The notes: generated by a model not told the origin, from the sequence alone. 24,000 nucleotides of DNA from an uncultured Chloroflexia bacterium (GCA_963797095.1 CAWCNY010000007.1:48284-72283), one strand, 5' to 3'. Shown: positions 1-8,571, counted from the stretch's first letter. Translations and numbers: made by a program.

Positions 1-890
1 TGAACACGGGAGTTCTTGCTGTCAACCACAAACATGTTGTCCTTGGCATCAAATGCTATTCCGCTGGGGCTGGACAGATCCCCTGTGATCTCCGATAGAT
101 ACATGAATGTGGCCGATTGCACCGGAGGCAAAGGCCCTGTGGGCGTCGAAGTAGGCCGGGGAGCAGGTGTGGTCGCTGTGGGGTTAGGCTCAGGCGTGCT
201 GCCGCTCTGCCCACCTGACCCGCCCTGCTCGTATTTGGCCTTGTAGCGGAAGGTACCGAGTTGCGACAGCAGGATATTGTAAGGAGCGGCATTCTCAGGG
301 TGAAGCTCGAACACCGCCCTCTCGAAATACTGCACCGTATAAGTCTTGCCATCCAGGTCCGACTTCTCCTGGAACTCATCGGAGATCGGAAGCCCTTGCT
401 GGGCAAGGCCGCCGTGAGCATCCCAGTAATCGAGGAAAAGACCACCCACGCTCTTACCGGTCTCGTCAAATAGTCGCGAACCCGCTTCGTTGTTGGGAGT
501 TTGGCCGGGCGCGCCACCCGGGTATTTCTGATTGTAGAGAAACACACCAAGCAAGCTCAGTAGTACTTCGTTGGGGGTCCCTGCGAACTCAGAGTGAAGC
601 TCGAAGAGGGCACGCTCGAAATACTGCACCATATAAGTCTTGCCGTCGGTATCCGACACTTCCTCCATCTCGTCAGAGATCGGATAGCCCTGCTGGGCAA
701 GACCGCCGTGAGCATCCCAGTATTCCAGAAATCGTCCCGCCAACGTTTTGCCTGTTTCAGCGAAAGTGCGGCTATCCGCCCGGGCTTTGCTCTGCAAAGG
801 CAGCAAGAAGGCGACAAGCAGCAGGGAAATAAATAGAACAACGGACCTTCTGCCTGACAGGATCCTCAATGAAGTGGAGTTGAATCTCAT
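1..890 (-). CDS. Secreted repeat protein, partial (runs off the window at position 1). It has a signal peptide, two tandem ~75-aa repeats, a Pro/Thr linker and the first NHL-type repeat.
   Basis: Absent from the supplied ORF track because it is open at the window edge. My translation of the minus strand from ATG 890-888 gives MRFNSTSLRILSGRRSVVLFISLLLVAFLLPLQSKARA DSRTFAETGKTLAGRFLEYWDAHGGLAQQGYPISDEMEEVSDTDGKTYMVQYFERALFELH. A second copy follows: LFLDYWDAHGGLAQQGLPISDEFQEKSDLDGKTYTVQYFERAVFELHPEN. Then come STPEPNPTATTPAPRPTSTPTGPLPP and GIAFDAKDNMFVVDSKNSRV (NHL-like). GGGAGA lies 7 nt upstream of the ATG. The track ORFs 56..550 and 557..841 are a wrong, Arg/Ser-rich frame of the same strand. 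Confidence 0.7.
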   Translation of the reverse strand, partial: MRFNSTSLRILSGRRSVVLFISLLLVAFLLPLQSKARADSRTFAETGKTLAGRFLEYWDAHGGLAQQGYPISDEMEEVSDTDGKTYMVQYFERALFELHSEFAGTPNEVLLSLLGVFLYNQKYPGGAPGQTPNNEAGSRLFDETGKSVGGLFLDYWDAHGGLAQQGLPISDEFQEKSDLDGKTYTVQYFERAVFELHPENAAPYNILLSQLGTFRYKAKYEQGGSGGQSGSTPEPNPTATTPAPRPTSTPTGPLPPVQSATFMYLSEITGDLSSPSGIAFDAKDNMFVVDSKNSRV

Positions 891-1096
891 TAATTTGTCT
901 CCCTGTAGACTCTGAACTATCTGCGTACAAAGGCGATGGGTGACATGCTCATAAGCCATCGTTCTGATAGTAAGAGCAGGAATTATTCAATTGCCAGTTC
1001 AGGTAGTGCCCATTTTGTGTTCAATTGCCTGAATATGGCGCAGCCAAAGGAAGGCAAGCACAGCCAGGCTAAAGTTAGCGTGCAGTAAGCCGTCTT

Positions 1097-1132
1097 AAAA
1101 CGAACCACCGGAGCAGCTTAGCCGCCCCGGTG
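1097..1132 (-). terminator. Rho-independent terminator after the anti-sigma gene
   Basis: Minus strand, about 25 nt after the TAG at 1158-1156. The hairpin is CACCGGGGC-ggctaagct-GCUCCGGUG (9-bp stem with one G-U), followed by GUUCGUUUU. Confidence 0.5.
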
Positions 1133-1155
1133 TCTCTTTATCTATTCGTTGGATG

Positions 1156-2028
1156 CTAACCTCGCCAGGCTACTACGGCAGCAACAGCGAGCGCTATAGT
1201 CACCAGCAACAACCCGATCTCTGCGGCAATCTGCAGATTGAACTCTTGCGCAGATCGCGCCTCCACAGGAGCCGATTCGGCGCTGTAGGGCTCTGAGCCT
1301 GTTATGCCCGGAGGCGAGTTGTCGGGGGTTTTCATGCTGTAAAGGGCTTCACCCGAAGGAACAGTAGTAGGGCTGAGTGCGCCGCTATTTGCTATCGATG
1401 TATTAGGCGTTACCTGCGCTTCAGATGATGCTCCGCCTGCTGCCGGTGGCGCGGTTGGCACCGGCGCGGGGGGTTCGCTCGGATTAGCAGCCGAAGCGCC
1501 CGTGTTGGCGGTATCGGTATCGCCCGCCACGCCCACGCCCGTGGTGGCAGTAGGTTCCGCCATGAGGGTCATAGGGGTCAACCCCTCCTCACCTGAGTTG
1601 CGGTTGGTATCCGTAGCCCCAATTTTCGGCGTGAATGCCACGGACTGAGGTTGTTCGGCATTCATGCCGGAATTGAGCGTCGCCAGCATGAAGATAAGCA
1701 CCAGAAAAGCCACCACCGAGCCTGTGGCAAAGGTCGGTGCGAGCCTTGGCGAGAAGATCCGCTCCCACAGAGATGTTTTGCGGGCCTTGGCGGCCATCTC
1801 AGGCGTAAGGGTAAAGGCACGCGGAACGGCGGCCACCGGCATACTCTGCAGCAGGCGCTGAGTAGCCTGAAGCTCTACTAAGTCGGCGCGGCAATCAGCG
1901 CACCCTTCAAGATGGGCACGCACACGCGCGCGGCCAGTCTCGTCAAGCGACTTATCGATATATGCCGATAGGAGGTCTTGAACGTGGCCCTCGCTGTCTA
2001 TTTCGTTGTCTCTGTATGACTTACCCAT
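1156..2028 (-). CDS. Membrane anti-sigma factor with an N-terminal zf-HC2 motif
   Basis: HLEGCADCRADL gives the H-x3-C-x2-C anti-sigma zinc-finger motif near the N-terminus. A TM helix (FATGSVVAFLVLIFMLATL) is followed by a low-complexity Pro/Ala/Thr-rich extracytoplasmic part and a C-terminal hydrophobic helix. The gene lies directly downstream of an ECF sigma gene on the same strand. Confidence 0.75.
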   Translation of the reverse strand: MGKSYRDNEIDSEGHVQDLLSAYIDKSLDETGRARVRAHLEGCADCRADLVELQATQRLLQSMPVAAVPRAFTLTPEMAAKARKTSLWERIFSPRLAPTFATGSVVAFLVLIFMLATLNSGMNAEQPQSVAFTPKIGATDTNRNSGEEGLTPMTLMAEPTATTGVGVAGDTDTANTGASAANPSEPPAPVPTAPPAAGGASSEAQVTPNTSIANSGALSPTTVPSGEALYSMKTPDNSPPGITGSEPYSAESAPVEARSAQEFNLQIAAEIGLLLVTIALAVAAVVAWRG

Positions 2029-2097
2029 TTCTTGCTTTCTATAAATTGAGGGATGGTATAGATGAGTTCAGTATTACGGATTCTCAGTTGTAAGCAT

Positions 2098-2769
2098 CTA
2101 TCGTGCATCATCCCCCGTTAATGAACGCTCTCCACGAGCGGAAAGTTCCCCCGATGAAGGCGAAATTCCACGCTCGCGAAGGTAGTCACGCATACGGAGG
2201 CGCGCCCGGTTTACACGGGATTTGACCGTGCCCAGGTTCGCGCCTGTTATGGTGGCAGCCTCCTCGTAGCTCAGGCCCTGCACGTCGACCAGTACAAGGG
2301 TCATCCGCTGGTCATAAGGCAGGGAATCGAGACCCGCCTGGATTGTGCCCATGGTTTCAAGTCGAAGGACGTTCGTTTCAGGGTTCACCGTCGGATCTAC
2401 ATCAGCAATGGGCAACGGGTCTAAACCTTCCTCGCCATCGTCGGGCGAGCGCCACGAGTTGAGAGGCATAGAAGGTTTGCGCTTCCTGCTTCTGAGCATA
2501 TCGAGGCACGCATTGGTGGCGATACGGAGTATCCACGTGCGGAAGCCCTCGCCCTTGAAGCGGGGCATAGCCTTATATGCCGAGAAGAAGGCTTCCTGGG
2601 TGGCATCGGCTGCCTCATCCGGATCAGAGAGCATGCGAAGGCAAAGGTTGTAGACGCGAGTCTGATATTGAAGAACGAGCCAGTTGAAGGCATCGAGGTC
2701 TCCCTTGCGGGCGGCCTCAATCCGGCGTGGCTCCTCCTCGGCGCTGATGTCGTGCCATGCTGCGGGCAT
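2098..2769 (-). CDS. ECF-type RNA polymerase sigma-70 family factor
   Basis: Region 2 reads FNWLVLQYQTRVYNLCLRMLSDPDEAADATQEAFFSAYKAMPRF...WILRIATNACLDMLR. Region 4 reads LPYDQRMTLVLVDVQGLSYEEAATITGANLGTVKSRVNRARLRMRDYL. I placed the start at ATG 2769 (MPAAWHDISAEE). The track start at 2892 would read across an upstream terminator. Confidence 0.85.
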   Translation of the reverse strand: MPAAWHDISAEEEPRRIEAARKGDLDAFNWLVLQYQTRVYNLCLRMLSDPDEAADATQEAFFSAYKAMPRFKGEGFRTWILRIATNACLDMLRSRKRKPSMPLNSWRSPDDGEEGLDPLPIADVDPTVNPETNVLRLETMGTIQAGLDSLPYDQRMTLVLVDVQGLSYEEAATITGANLGTVKSRVNRARLRMRDYLRERGISPSSGELSARGERSLTGDDAR

Positions 2770-2799
2770 GGATAAAGTATAGCAGGTTCTGTTGAGGTG

Positions 2800-2830
2800 A
2801 AAAAAGCCGCGCCCTGTACGGGCGCGGGCT
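2800..2830 (-). terminator. Rho-independent terminator after the small helical-protein gene
   Basis: Minus strand: GCCCGCGCCC-guaca-GGGCGCGGC followed by UUUUUU, about 25 nt after the stop at 2855. Confidence 0.7.
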
Positions 2831-2854
2831 TCGGGTTGCAAACGGTACGATAAT

Positions 2855-3202
2855 CTATCCGGAGCGCGGACGCTGCAAGGAGGTAGGGTCATAACCGGAA
2901 CCTGTCATAGCGTTTGCTCCGTGCACGCCCATCCTGGGCGCTCCCTCGGTGCTCACCTCGTTTTCATCAAGCGCACCAGTGCCACCGACATGGCCGGCGG
3001 TCCAATCGATACCGACGCGGGCCGCGAGGTCGCGTATGGTGCTGTCGTTACCTGTCGCTATGGCCTGAGCAAGTGCCTGACGCTCCTGATCATCCAGGTC
3101 GTACAGGCCGAGGGTCTGTACCGGGTCCTGCGCAATGAGAGCCGCAAAACCGGGATCATCGTGGAGTTGTTGCAAGGCCAACAGCAGTCCTCTGTCACTC
3201 AT
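2855..3202 (-). CDS. Small helical protein of unknown function (115 aa)
   Basis: GGAGG lies 5 nt upstream of ATG 3202-3200, while the track start at 3238 has no such site. The N-terminal half, LLLALQQLHDDPGFAALIAQDPVQTLGLYDLDDQERQALAQAI, resembles LigA-subunit-like or leader-peptide-like helical domains by eye. I make no confident family call. Confidence 0.55.
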   Translation of the reverse strand: MSDRGLLLALQQLHDDPGFAALIAQDPVQTLGLYDLDDQERQALAQAIATGNDSTIRDLAARVGIDWTAGHVGGTGALDENEVSTEGAPRMGVHGANAMTGSGYDPTSLQRPRSG

Positions 3203-3315
3203 GTTTTCCTCCTTTTGTGGGCCGCACCGTGCGGCCATAGCTGCCTACAGGGCAAGAAATGTGCCAGGTATTGCGACAGCCAAAATGGTAGCAGGTATGA
3301 TACAATAACTGCTCA

Positions 3316-4971
3316 ATGAGCACTGATGCTGATGTAATAGTCGTAGGCGCTGGACTGGCGGGGCTGGTAGCTGCTGCCGAGTTGGTGGACGCCAACAAAA
3401 AGGTGATCCTGCTCGACCAGGAGCCGGAGGCATCGCTGGGCGGGCAGGCGTTCTGGTCGTTCGGTGGGCTGTTCCTGGTGGACTCGCCGGAGCAAAGGCG
3501 GATGCGCATTCGCGACTCATACGCCCTTGCTGTGCAGGATTGGCTTGGCAGCGCGGGGTTCGACCGGGAGGAAGACTACTGGCCCAGGCGATGGGCGGAA
3601 GCGTACCTGGCTTTCGCGGCTGGCGAAAAGCGGTCGTGGTTGCATAAGCAGGGAGTTCGGTTCTTCCCTATCGTGGGGTGGGCCGAGCGCGGTGGGTATC
3701 TTGCCACGGGTCATGGCAACTCGGTGCCGCGCTTTCATATAACGTGGGGCACAGGGCCCGGCGTAATCGAGCCGTTTGTGAGGCGGGTGCGCGAAGGTGA
3801 ACGGCGCGGGCTGGTATCGTTGCCCTTTCGACACCGAGTAACCGGGCTGCTCGTGAACGGCGGCACGGTAGAAGGTGTACATGGCGATATCCTGGAGCCG
3901 AGCTATGTCGAGCGCGGGGTACGAAGCTCGCGGGAGGTAGCGGGGGAATTCACGGTGCGGGCGCAAGCCGTCGTTGTCACCTCCGGAGGGATCGGGGGCA
4001 ATCACGAGTTGGTGCGCCACAACTGGCCGAAGAGGATGGGCGAGCCTCCGAAGAAGATGATCTCAGGGGTGCCCGACCACGTTGACGGGCGAATGCTCCA
4101 GGTAGTGCAGGAGAGCGGCGGGCGAGTGATCAACCCCGACCGGATGTGGCACTATCCTGAAGGTATAGTGAACTACGCGCCGATCTGGACCAATCACGGC
4201 ATACGGATCTTGAGCGGGCCAAGCCCGTTGTGGCTGGACGCGCACGGCCATCGCCTGCCTGAGCCGTTGTTCCCGGGGTTCGATACCCTGGGTGCGCTGC
4301 GGCATATCAACGCTACAGGGTACGATCACTCGTGGTTCCTGCTCAACCAGCGCATCATTGAGCGCGAGTTTGCCCTCTCAGGGTCCGAACAGAACCCCGA
4401 CCTGACGGGCCGTAGCGTCAAATTGATCCTGAGCCGTATCGGACCGGGCGCTCCTCCGCCGGTGGAGGCGTTTAAGGAGCGTGGGGTCGATTTCATAGTC
4501 AGGAAGACGCTGCCCGAATTGGCGAGCGCTATGAACGAGCTAATAGGCGAAACCCTGATCGATCCCGCACAGTTGAGGCGGGAAGTGGCAGCGCGAGACC
4601 GGCAGATCGACAACGAGTTCGGCAAGGATGCCCAGGTGATAGCGATCAGAGGGGCGCGTGCCTATATTGGCGATAGACTGGTGAGGGTGGCGAAACCGCA
4701 CCGCATACTCGATCCTGAAGCGGGGCCGCTGATCGCGGTGCGGCTATGGATTCTCACGCGCAAGACCCTGGGCGGGCTGGAAACCGACCTGTCGGCGCGG
4801 GTGCTTGGTGCGGATGGGCAGCCGCTACCGGGCCTATATGCCGCCGGAGAGGTGGCAGGCTTCGGGGGCGGTGGTATGCATGGCTACCGCGCCCTTGAAG
4901 GGACTTTCCTTGGCGGGTGTATTTTCTCAGGCCGCACGGCAGGGCGAGCAGTAGCCGGGGCTGTAATTTAG
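3316..4971 (+). CDS. FAD-binding dehydrogenase (COG3573-like predicted oxidoreductase)
   Basis: The N-terminal dinucleotide-binding motif is DVIVVGAGLAGLVAAAEL. GGQAFWSFGGLFLVDSPEQRR and the C-terminal LYAAGEVAGFGGGGMHGYRALEG are typical of this flavoprotein family. Confidence 0.8.
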   Translation: MSTDADVIVVGAGLAGLVAAAELVDANKKVILLDQEPEASLGGQAFWSFGGLFLVDSPEQRRMRIRDSYALAVQDWLGSAGFDREEDYWPRRWAEAYLAFAAGEKRSWLHKQGVRFFPIVGWAERGGYLATGHGNSVPRFHITWGTGPGVIEPFVRRVREGERRGLVSLPFRHRVTGLLVNGGTVEGVHGDILEPSYVERGVRSSREVAGEFTVRAQAVVVTSGGIGGNHELVRHNWPKRMGEPPKKMISGVPDHVDGRMLQVVQESGGRVINPDRMWHYPEGIVNYAPIWTNHGIRILSGPSPLWLDAHGHRLPEPLFPGFDTLGALRHINATGYDHSWFLLNQRIIEREFALSGSEQNPDLTGRSVKLILSRIGPGAPPPVEAFKERGVDFIVRKTLPELASAMNELIGETLIDPAQLRREVAARDRQIDNEFGKDAQVIAIRGARAYIGDRLVRVAKPHRILDPEAGPLIAVRLWILTRKTLGGLETDLSARVLGADGQPLPGLYAAGEVAGFGGGGMHGYRALEGTFLGGCIFSGRTAGRAVAGAVI

Positions 4972-6170
4972 CCCGCATCCCTGGGCATCGGCCCGGCGTT
5001 GCCTTCCATCCAGCTCATCGGGTAATTCGGATCGTCGTATTCCTGCGCCCATTTGGTCAGCTTGAGGGGGCGGAACGTATCGACCATCACGGCCAATTCT
5101 TCGGTCGATTCTTTGCCTATGGATGCCTCGGCTGTGCCTGGGTGAGGCCCATGAGGGATGCCGTGCGGGTGTAGCGTGAAGGAGGCAACATCAATGCCCC
5201 GGCGGCTCATGAAGTTGCCGTTGACGTAGTAGATCACTTCTTCGCTGTCGATGTTGGAGTGGTTGTAAGGGGCAGGTATAGATAGTGGGTGATAGTCGTA
5301 CTTGCGCGGCACGAAGGAGCAAACCACGAAGTTGTGCGCCTCGAAGGTCTGGTGAACGGGTGGGGGCTGGTGAACGCGGCCTGTGATCGGCTCAAAGTCT
5401 TCGATATTGAATATGTAGGGGTAGAGGTAGCCGTCCCAACCAACCACGTCGAGCGGGTGATGGTCGTAGTAATAAGAGGAGAGCATATCATTGGCGCGGA
5501 TCAGCACCCGGTAAGGGCCTTTGCCCGCCTCGTCGCCCGTGATGGTGACAAGCTCTTCGGGCACGCGAAGGTCGCGCTCGCAATAGGGAGAGTTCTCAAG
5601 TAGCTGGCCGAAGCCATTGCGGTAGCGTTTGGGGAACTGGATGTACTTGCCCTCGACCACGAGCCAGCGCTGTGGCTTGCCCTCGTCGGCTACGATGCGA
5701 TAGATCGTGCCGTGGGGCAGGAAAACGTAGTCGCCTTCCCGGTAGGGGAGGGTGCCGAAATTGGTCTCGAAGCGGCCTGTGCCCTGATGGATGAAGTATA
5801 GCTCGTCGGTCTGGCCGTTCTTGTAGAAGTAGTCCATAGGCTCGGCGGGGAGCACGATGCCCAGGCGGCAATCGCTGTTGTACATGAGGATGCGTCTGCC
5901 TGAGATGGGATCGCCCTGGGGCTGTGCGGGCTTGGTGCGGGTATGGACGTGGCGCTGCACCGGAAGCTGCCACTCCTGCAACGGCTCGGCCTCGCACGGC
6001 TCTATGTTCACCACGCGCACGGGTGGGTGGTGGTGATAGAGCAGCGAGGAGTTGCCGCTGAAGCCCTCGGTGCCGAATAGCTCCTCGGTGTATAGCTCAC
6101 CGTCAGGGCGGCGAAACTGGGTGTGTCGCTTATGGGGTATTTTGCCTAGTTTGTGGTAGTAGGGCATCAT
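4968..6170 (-). CDS. hmgA: Homogentisate 1,2-dioxygenase (short ~400-aa bacterial type)
   Basis: The N-terminus is MMPYYHKLGKIPHKRHTQFRRPDGELYTEELFGTEGFSG, followed by a cupin-like core. The RBS is GGAGGTGCA-ATG. It is the last gene of a cluster with HPPD and an FAH-family hydrolase. Confidence 0.8.
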   Translation of the reverse strand: MMPYYHKLGKIPHKRHTQFRRPDGELYTEELFGTEGFSGNSSLLYHHHPPVRVVNIEPCEAEPLQEWQLPVQRHVHTRTKPAQPQGDPISGRRILMYNSDCRLGIVLPAEPMDYFYKNGQTDELYFIHQGTGRFETNFGTLPYREGDYVFLPHGTIYRIVADEGKPQRWLVVEGKYIQFPKRYRNGFGQLLENSPYCERDLRVPEELVTITGDEAGKGPYRVLIRANDMLSSYYYDHHPLDVVGWDGYLYPYIFNIEDFEPITGRVHQPPPVHQTFEAHNFVVCSFVPRKYDYHPLSIPAPYNHSNIDSEEVIYYVNGNFMSRRGIDVASFTLHPHGIPHGPHPGTAEASIGKESTEELAVMVDTFRPLKLTKWAQEYDDPNYPMSWMEGNAGPMPRDAG

Positions 6171-6246
6171 TGCACCTCCGGTTAGTTCTTTAATCTCAGC
6201 GCTTTATTTCATCCCAAATCAACTATGCCTTTAAGGGTTATTATGC

Positions 6247-7284
6247 TCATGAGTGCGGGCCTCCCTCCGCAGTCAGCTTATTCCTTATCAGCCCCAGCTT
6301 TTCGATCTCCATCGCCACTACATCGCCGGGTTTGAGCCAACCGCCGGTGTTTTCGGGGCGTAGCTCGAGGATGCAGCCTGTGCCTACTGTGCCCGATCCG
6401 AGCACATCGCCTGGGCGGAGCCACACATCGGTGGAGGCCCATTCGATCATCTGGGCGAAGGTGTGAGTGAGAGTATCCGCGTTGCCACGCGATAGCTCTT
6501 TGCCATTGACGCGAGCCACCATTTCGAGACTGTAGCGAGTTTCTGCGGCTTCGCCCTTGCGGCGATCTTCCAACTCGTCGGGGGTGACTAGCCAGGGGCC
6601 GAGGGTGGTGGCGAAGTCTTTGCTCTTGGCGGGGCCCATGCTCAACTTCGCCTCGAAGTTGCGCCAGGTGTCGCGGGCCGACCAGTCGTTCATGATCAGG
6701 TAGCCTGCTATGTAGTCGTTGGCATCTTCGGCCGAGATGTCTTTGCCCGGTTTGCCGATTATGCAGGCGATCTCAAGCTCGAAATCGACTTCGTGGGAGC
6801 CGCGAGGGTAATCTACGTCGTCGTAGGGGCCGTAAACGCAGCCGGGGTTGGAGTAGTAGAAGACCGGGTGGTCGTACCACTCAAGGATCATTTCGAGGCC
6901 ACGGAGGGCGCGGGCGCTCTTAACGTGCTGTTCGAAAGCGTAGAAGTCGCGGATGGTGCGAGGGAAGGGTAGAGGCGAGAGGAGCATAACATCGTCAACG
7001 GGTTGGGACGACTCCCACAGCCCTTCCTCGTCGTCACAGACGGTTTCGGCGAGGCCGAGCACCCGCTCCATAGCAGCCTGCCCGCCATCAAGCAGTTCAA
7101 GCATCGTCATCGGCGGGCGCAATCCAGAATCACGAGAATGCTTCTTATTGAGCCAGTCGTGGGCGGCTTCGAGATTAAGAACGCGGGGCATCTCGCCAGG
7201 CAGGTAGATGCCTACGTGGGTGTCCTGCCCTTCGACGCGGTCGGGGGCGGTACGGTGGAGGTGGGAGAAGGTTACGAGTTTCAT
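6247..7284 (-). CDS. Fumarylacetoacetate hydrolase (FAH) family protein; by context probably fumarylacetoacetase
   Basis: The MKLVTF N-terminus is typical of the family, as is the C-terminal fold signature PGDVLGSGTVGTGCILE...LKPGDVVAMEIEKLG. The gene lies between hppD and hmgA. Confidence 0.8.
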   Translation of the reverse strand: MKLVTFSHLHRTAPDRVEGQDTHVGIYLPGEMPRVLNLEAAHDWLNKKHSRDSGLRPPMTMLELLDGGQAAMERVLGLAETVCDDEEGLWESSQPVDDVMLLSPLPFPRTIRDFYAFEQHVKSARALRGLEMILEWYDHPVFYYSNPGCVYGPYDDVDYPRGSHEVDFELEIACIIGKPGKDISAEDANDYIAGYLIMNDWSARDTWRNFEAKLSMGPAKSKDFATTLGPWLVTPDELEDRRKGEAAETRYSLEMVARVNGKELSRGNADTLTHTFAQMIEWASTDVWLRPGDVLGSGTVGTGCILELRPENTGGWLKPGDVVAMEIEKLGLIRNKLTAEGGPHS

Positions 7285-7368
7285 GGTAGTCGGTAGTCGG
7301 TAGTCGGTAGTTCCTGGTTCCTGGTTCCTGGTTCCTGGTCACTCATTACAGGTCCGACTACCGACTGC
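7285..7368. repeat. Composite heptamer array (GGTAGTC)x3 + GGTAGTT, then (CCTGGTT)x3 + CCTGGTC, plus an inverted partial copy that forms a hairpin
   Basis: Read directly. Eight in-register 7-nt units span 7285-7340. CCGACTACCGACT at 7354-7366 is the exact reverse complement of AGTCGGTAGTCGG at 7288-7300. Confidence 0.95.
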
Positions 7369-7375
7369 TATTCTC

Positions 7376-8563
7376 CTAAAGATTCCCTCGGAGTTCTTGC
7401 TCGCGCTCGATGGCTTCAAAGAGGGCGCGGAAATTGCCTTTGCCAAAGCCTCTGGAGCCGTGGCGCTCGATGATCTCGAAGAAGACGGTGGGGCGGTCCT
7501 GCACAGGCTTGCTGAAGATCTGGAGCAGGTAGCCTTCGTCGTCGCGATCTACCAGAATGCCAAGATCCTCCAGCTTCTCCATGTCTTCCTTGATCTGGCC
7601 GACGCGGGTGGGGGCTTCCTCGTAATACTCGTGGGGCACGCGGAGGAACTCCATGCCGTTGGCTTTGAGGGTGGCGACCGTGCCCAGGATATCGCCTGTG
7701 ATAAGGGCTATGTGCTGCACGCCGGGGGTGCGGTAGTAGTCGAGGTATTCCTCGATCTGCGACTTCTTCTTACCCTCGGCAGGCTCGTTGATGGGGAACT
7801 TGACACGCCCCGTGCCGTCCTGCATTACCTTGGACATAAGGGCCGAATATTCGGTCGAGATATCCTTATCCTCGAACGAGATCAACTGGCTGAAGCCCAT
7901 AATGCGGGCGTAATATTCTACCCACTCGTTCATCTTGCCCAACTCGACGTTGAGCACCTGGTGGTCCACAGCCTTGACGCCTGTTGGCGTGCCGGGAATA
8001 TCGCGCTTGTGGTAGCCGGGTGCGAATGTGCCGGTGTACTGGTCGCGATTGATAAGGGTGTGAATGGTTTCGCCGACGGTGGAGATGGCGGCCTCACGGA
8101 TGCGGCCCTTTTCGCTTTCGACCCAGTGAGGCTCGGTGACGCCATGCGCGCCGCGCTCAAGGGCGGTCTTATAGGCCCAATCTACGTCGGGAACGCGCAG
8201 AGCTATATCCTTGACGCCGTCGCCATGCAGCTGAACATGGGCGGCGATAGCGCCTTCGGGCTGGAGGGGAGCGGTCAACACGAAGCGGATCTTGCCCTGT
8301 TCAAGAACGTAGGAAGCGCGGTCGCGCACCTTTGTCTCAGGACCGGCATAGGCGGTTATGCTGAAGCCGAGGACGGTGCGGTAGTAGTGGGCGGCCTGCT
8401 TGGCGTTGCCCACGTAAAACTCTATGTAATCTATGCCCTGGATAGGGAAAGGATCGGTACCGTTGGTCTTATGGCCGCTGGTGGCAGGGGTGGTATCGGC
8501 GTCCATTTCGGCAACGTCGCTTCCAGAGATTGTATCGAGTTCGATGGTCTCTTCGGGTTTCAT
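7376..8563 (-). CDS. hppD: 4-hydroxyphenylpyruvate dioxygenase
   Basis: IDYIEFYVGNAKQAAHYYRTVLGF, GVQHIALITGDI and FFEIIERHGSRGFGKGNFRALFEAIEREQ are typical HPPD motifs. I prefer the start at ATG 8563 (MKPEE) because GGAGG lies 5 nt upstream. The track start at 8575 is itself part of that RBS. Confidence 0.9.
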   Translation of the reverse strand: MKPEETIELDTISGSDVAEMDADTTPATSGHKTNGTDPFPIQGIDYIEFYVGNAKQAAHYYRTVLGFSITAYAGPETKVRDRASYVLEQGKIRFVLTAPLQPEGAIAAHVQLHGDGVKDIALRVPDVDWAYKTALERGAHGVTEPHWVESEKGRIREAAISTVGETIHTLINRDQYTGTFAPGYHKRDIPGTPTGVKAVDHQVLNVELGKMNEWVEYYARIMGFSQLISFEDKDISTEYSALMSKVMQDGTGRVKFPINEPAEGKKKSQIEEYLDYYRTPGVQHIALITGDILGTVATLKANGMEFLRVPHEYYEEAPTRVGQIKEDMEKLEDLGILVDRDDEGYLLQIFSKPVQDRPTVFFEIIERHGSRGFGKGNFRALFEAIEREQELRGNL

Positions 8564-8571
8564 TAATGCCT

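Noticed and set aside
56-841. Track ORFs 56..550 and 557..841 (minus), and 261..473 and 594..836 (plus)
   Set aside because: They are off-frame or antisense readings of the real partial CDS at 1..890 (minus). Their mutual similarity only reflects the tandem duplication in that gene.
988-1028. Direct 10-nt repeat TTCAATTGCC at 988-997 and 1019-1028, upstream of the secreted-protein gene
   Set aside because: With only two copies, chance cannot be excluded. No matching -10/-35 context could be assigned. It is noted only as a possible regulator site.
2855-3202. RiPP precursor idea: helical leader-like N-terminal half, an internal Gly-Gly (HVGG) and a 40-aa tail
   Set aside because: No maturase, cyclodehydratase, radical-SAM enzyme or peptidase-ABC transporter lies nearby. 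The tail lacks Cys/Ser/Thr patterning. The similarity to leader families is only impressionistic.
7397-8566. 389-aa plus-strand ORF covering almost all of hppD on the opposite strand
   Set aside because: The translation is low-complexity (Ala/Gly/Leu/Val-rich) with no recognisable motifs. The minus strand encodes a textbook HPPD. Long antisense ORFs are expected in high-G+C coding DNA.
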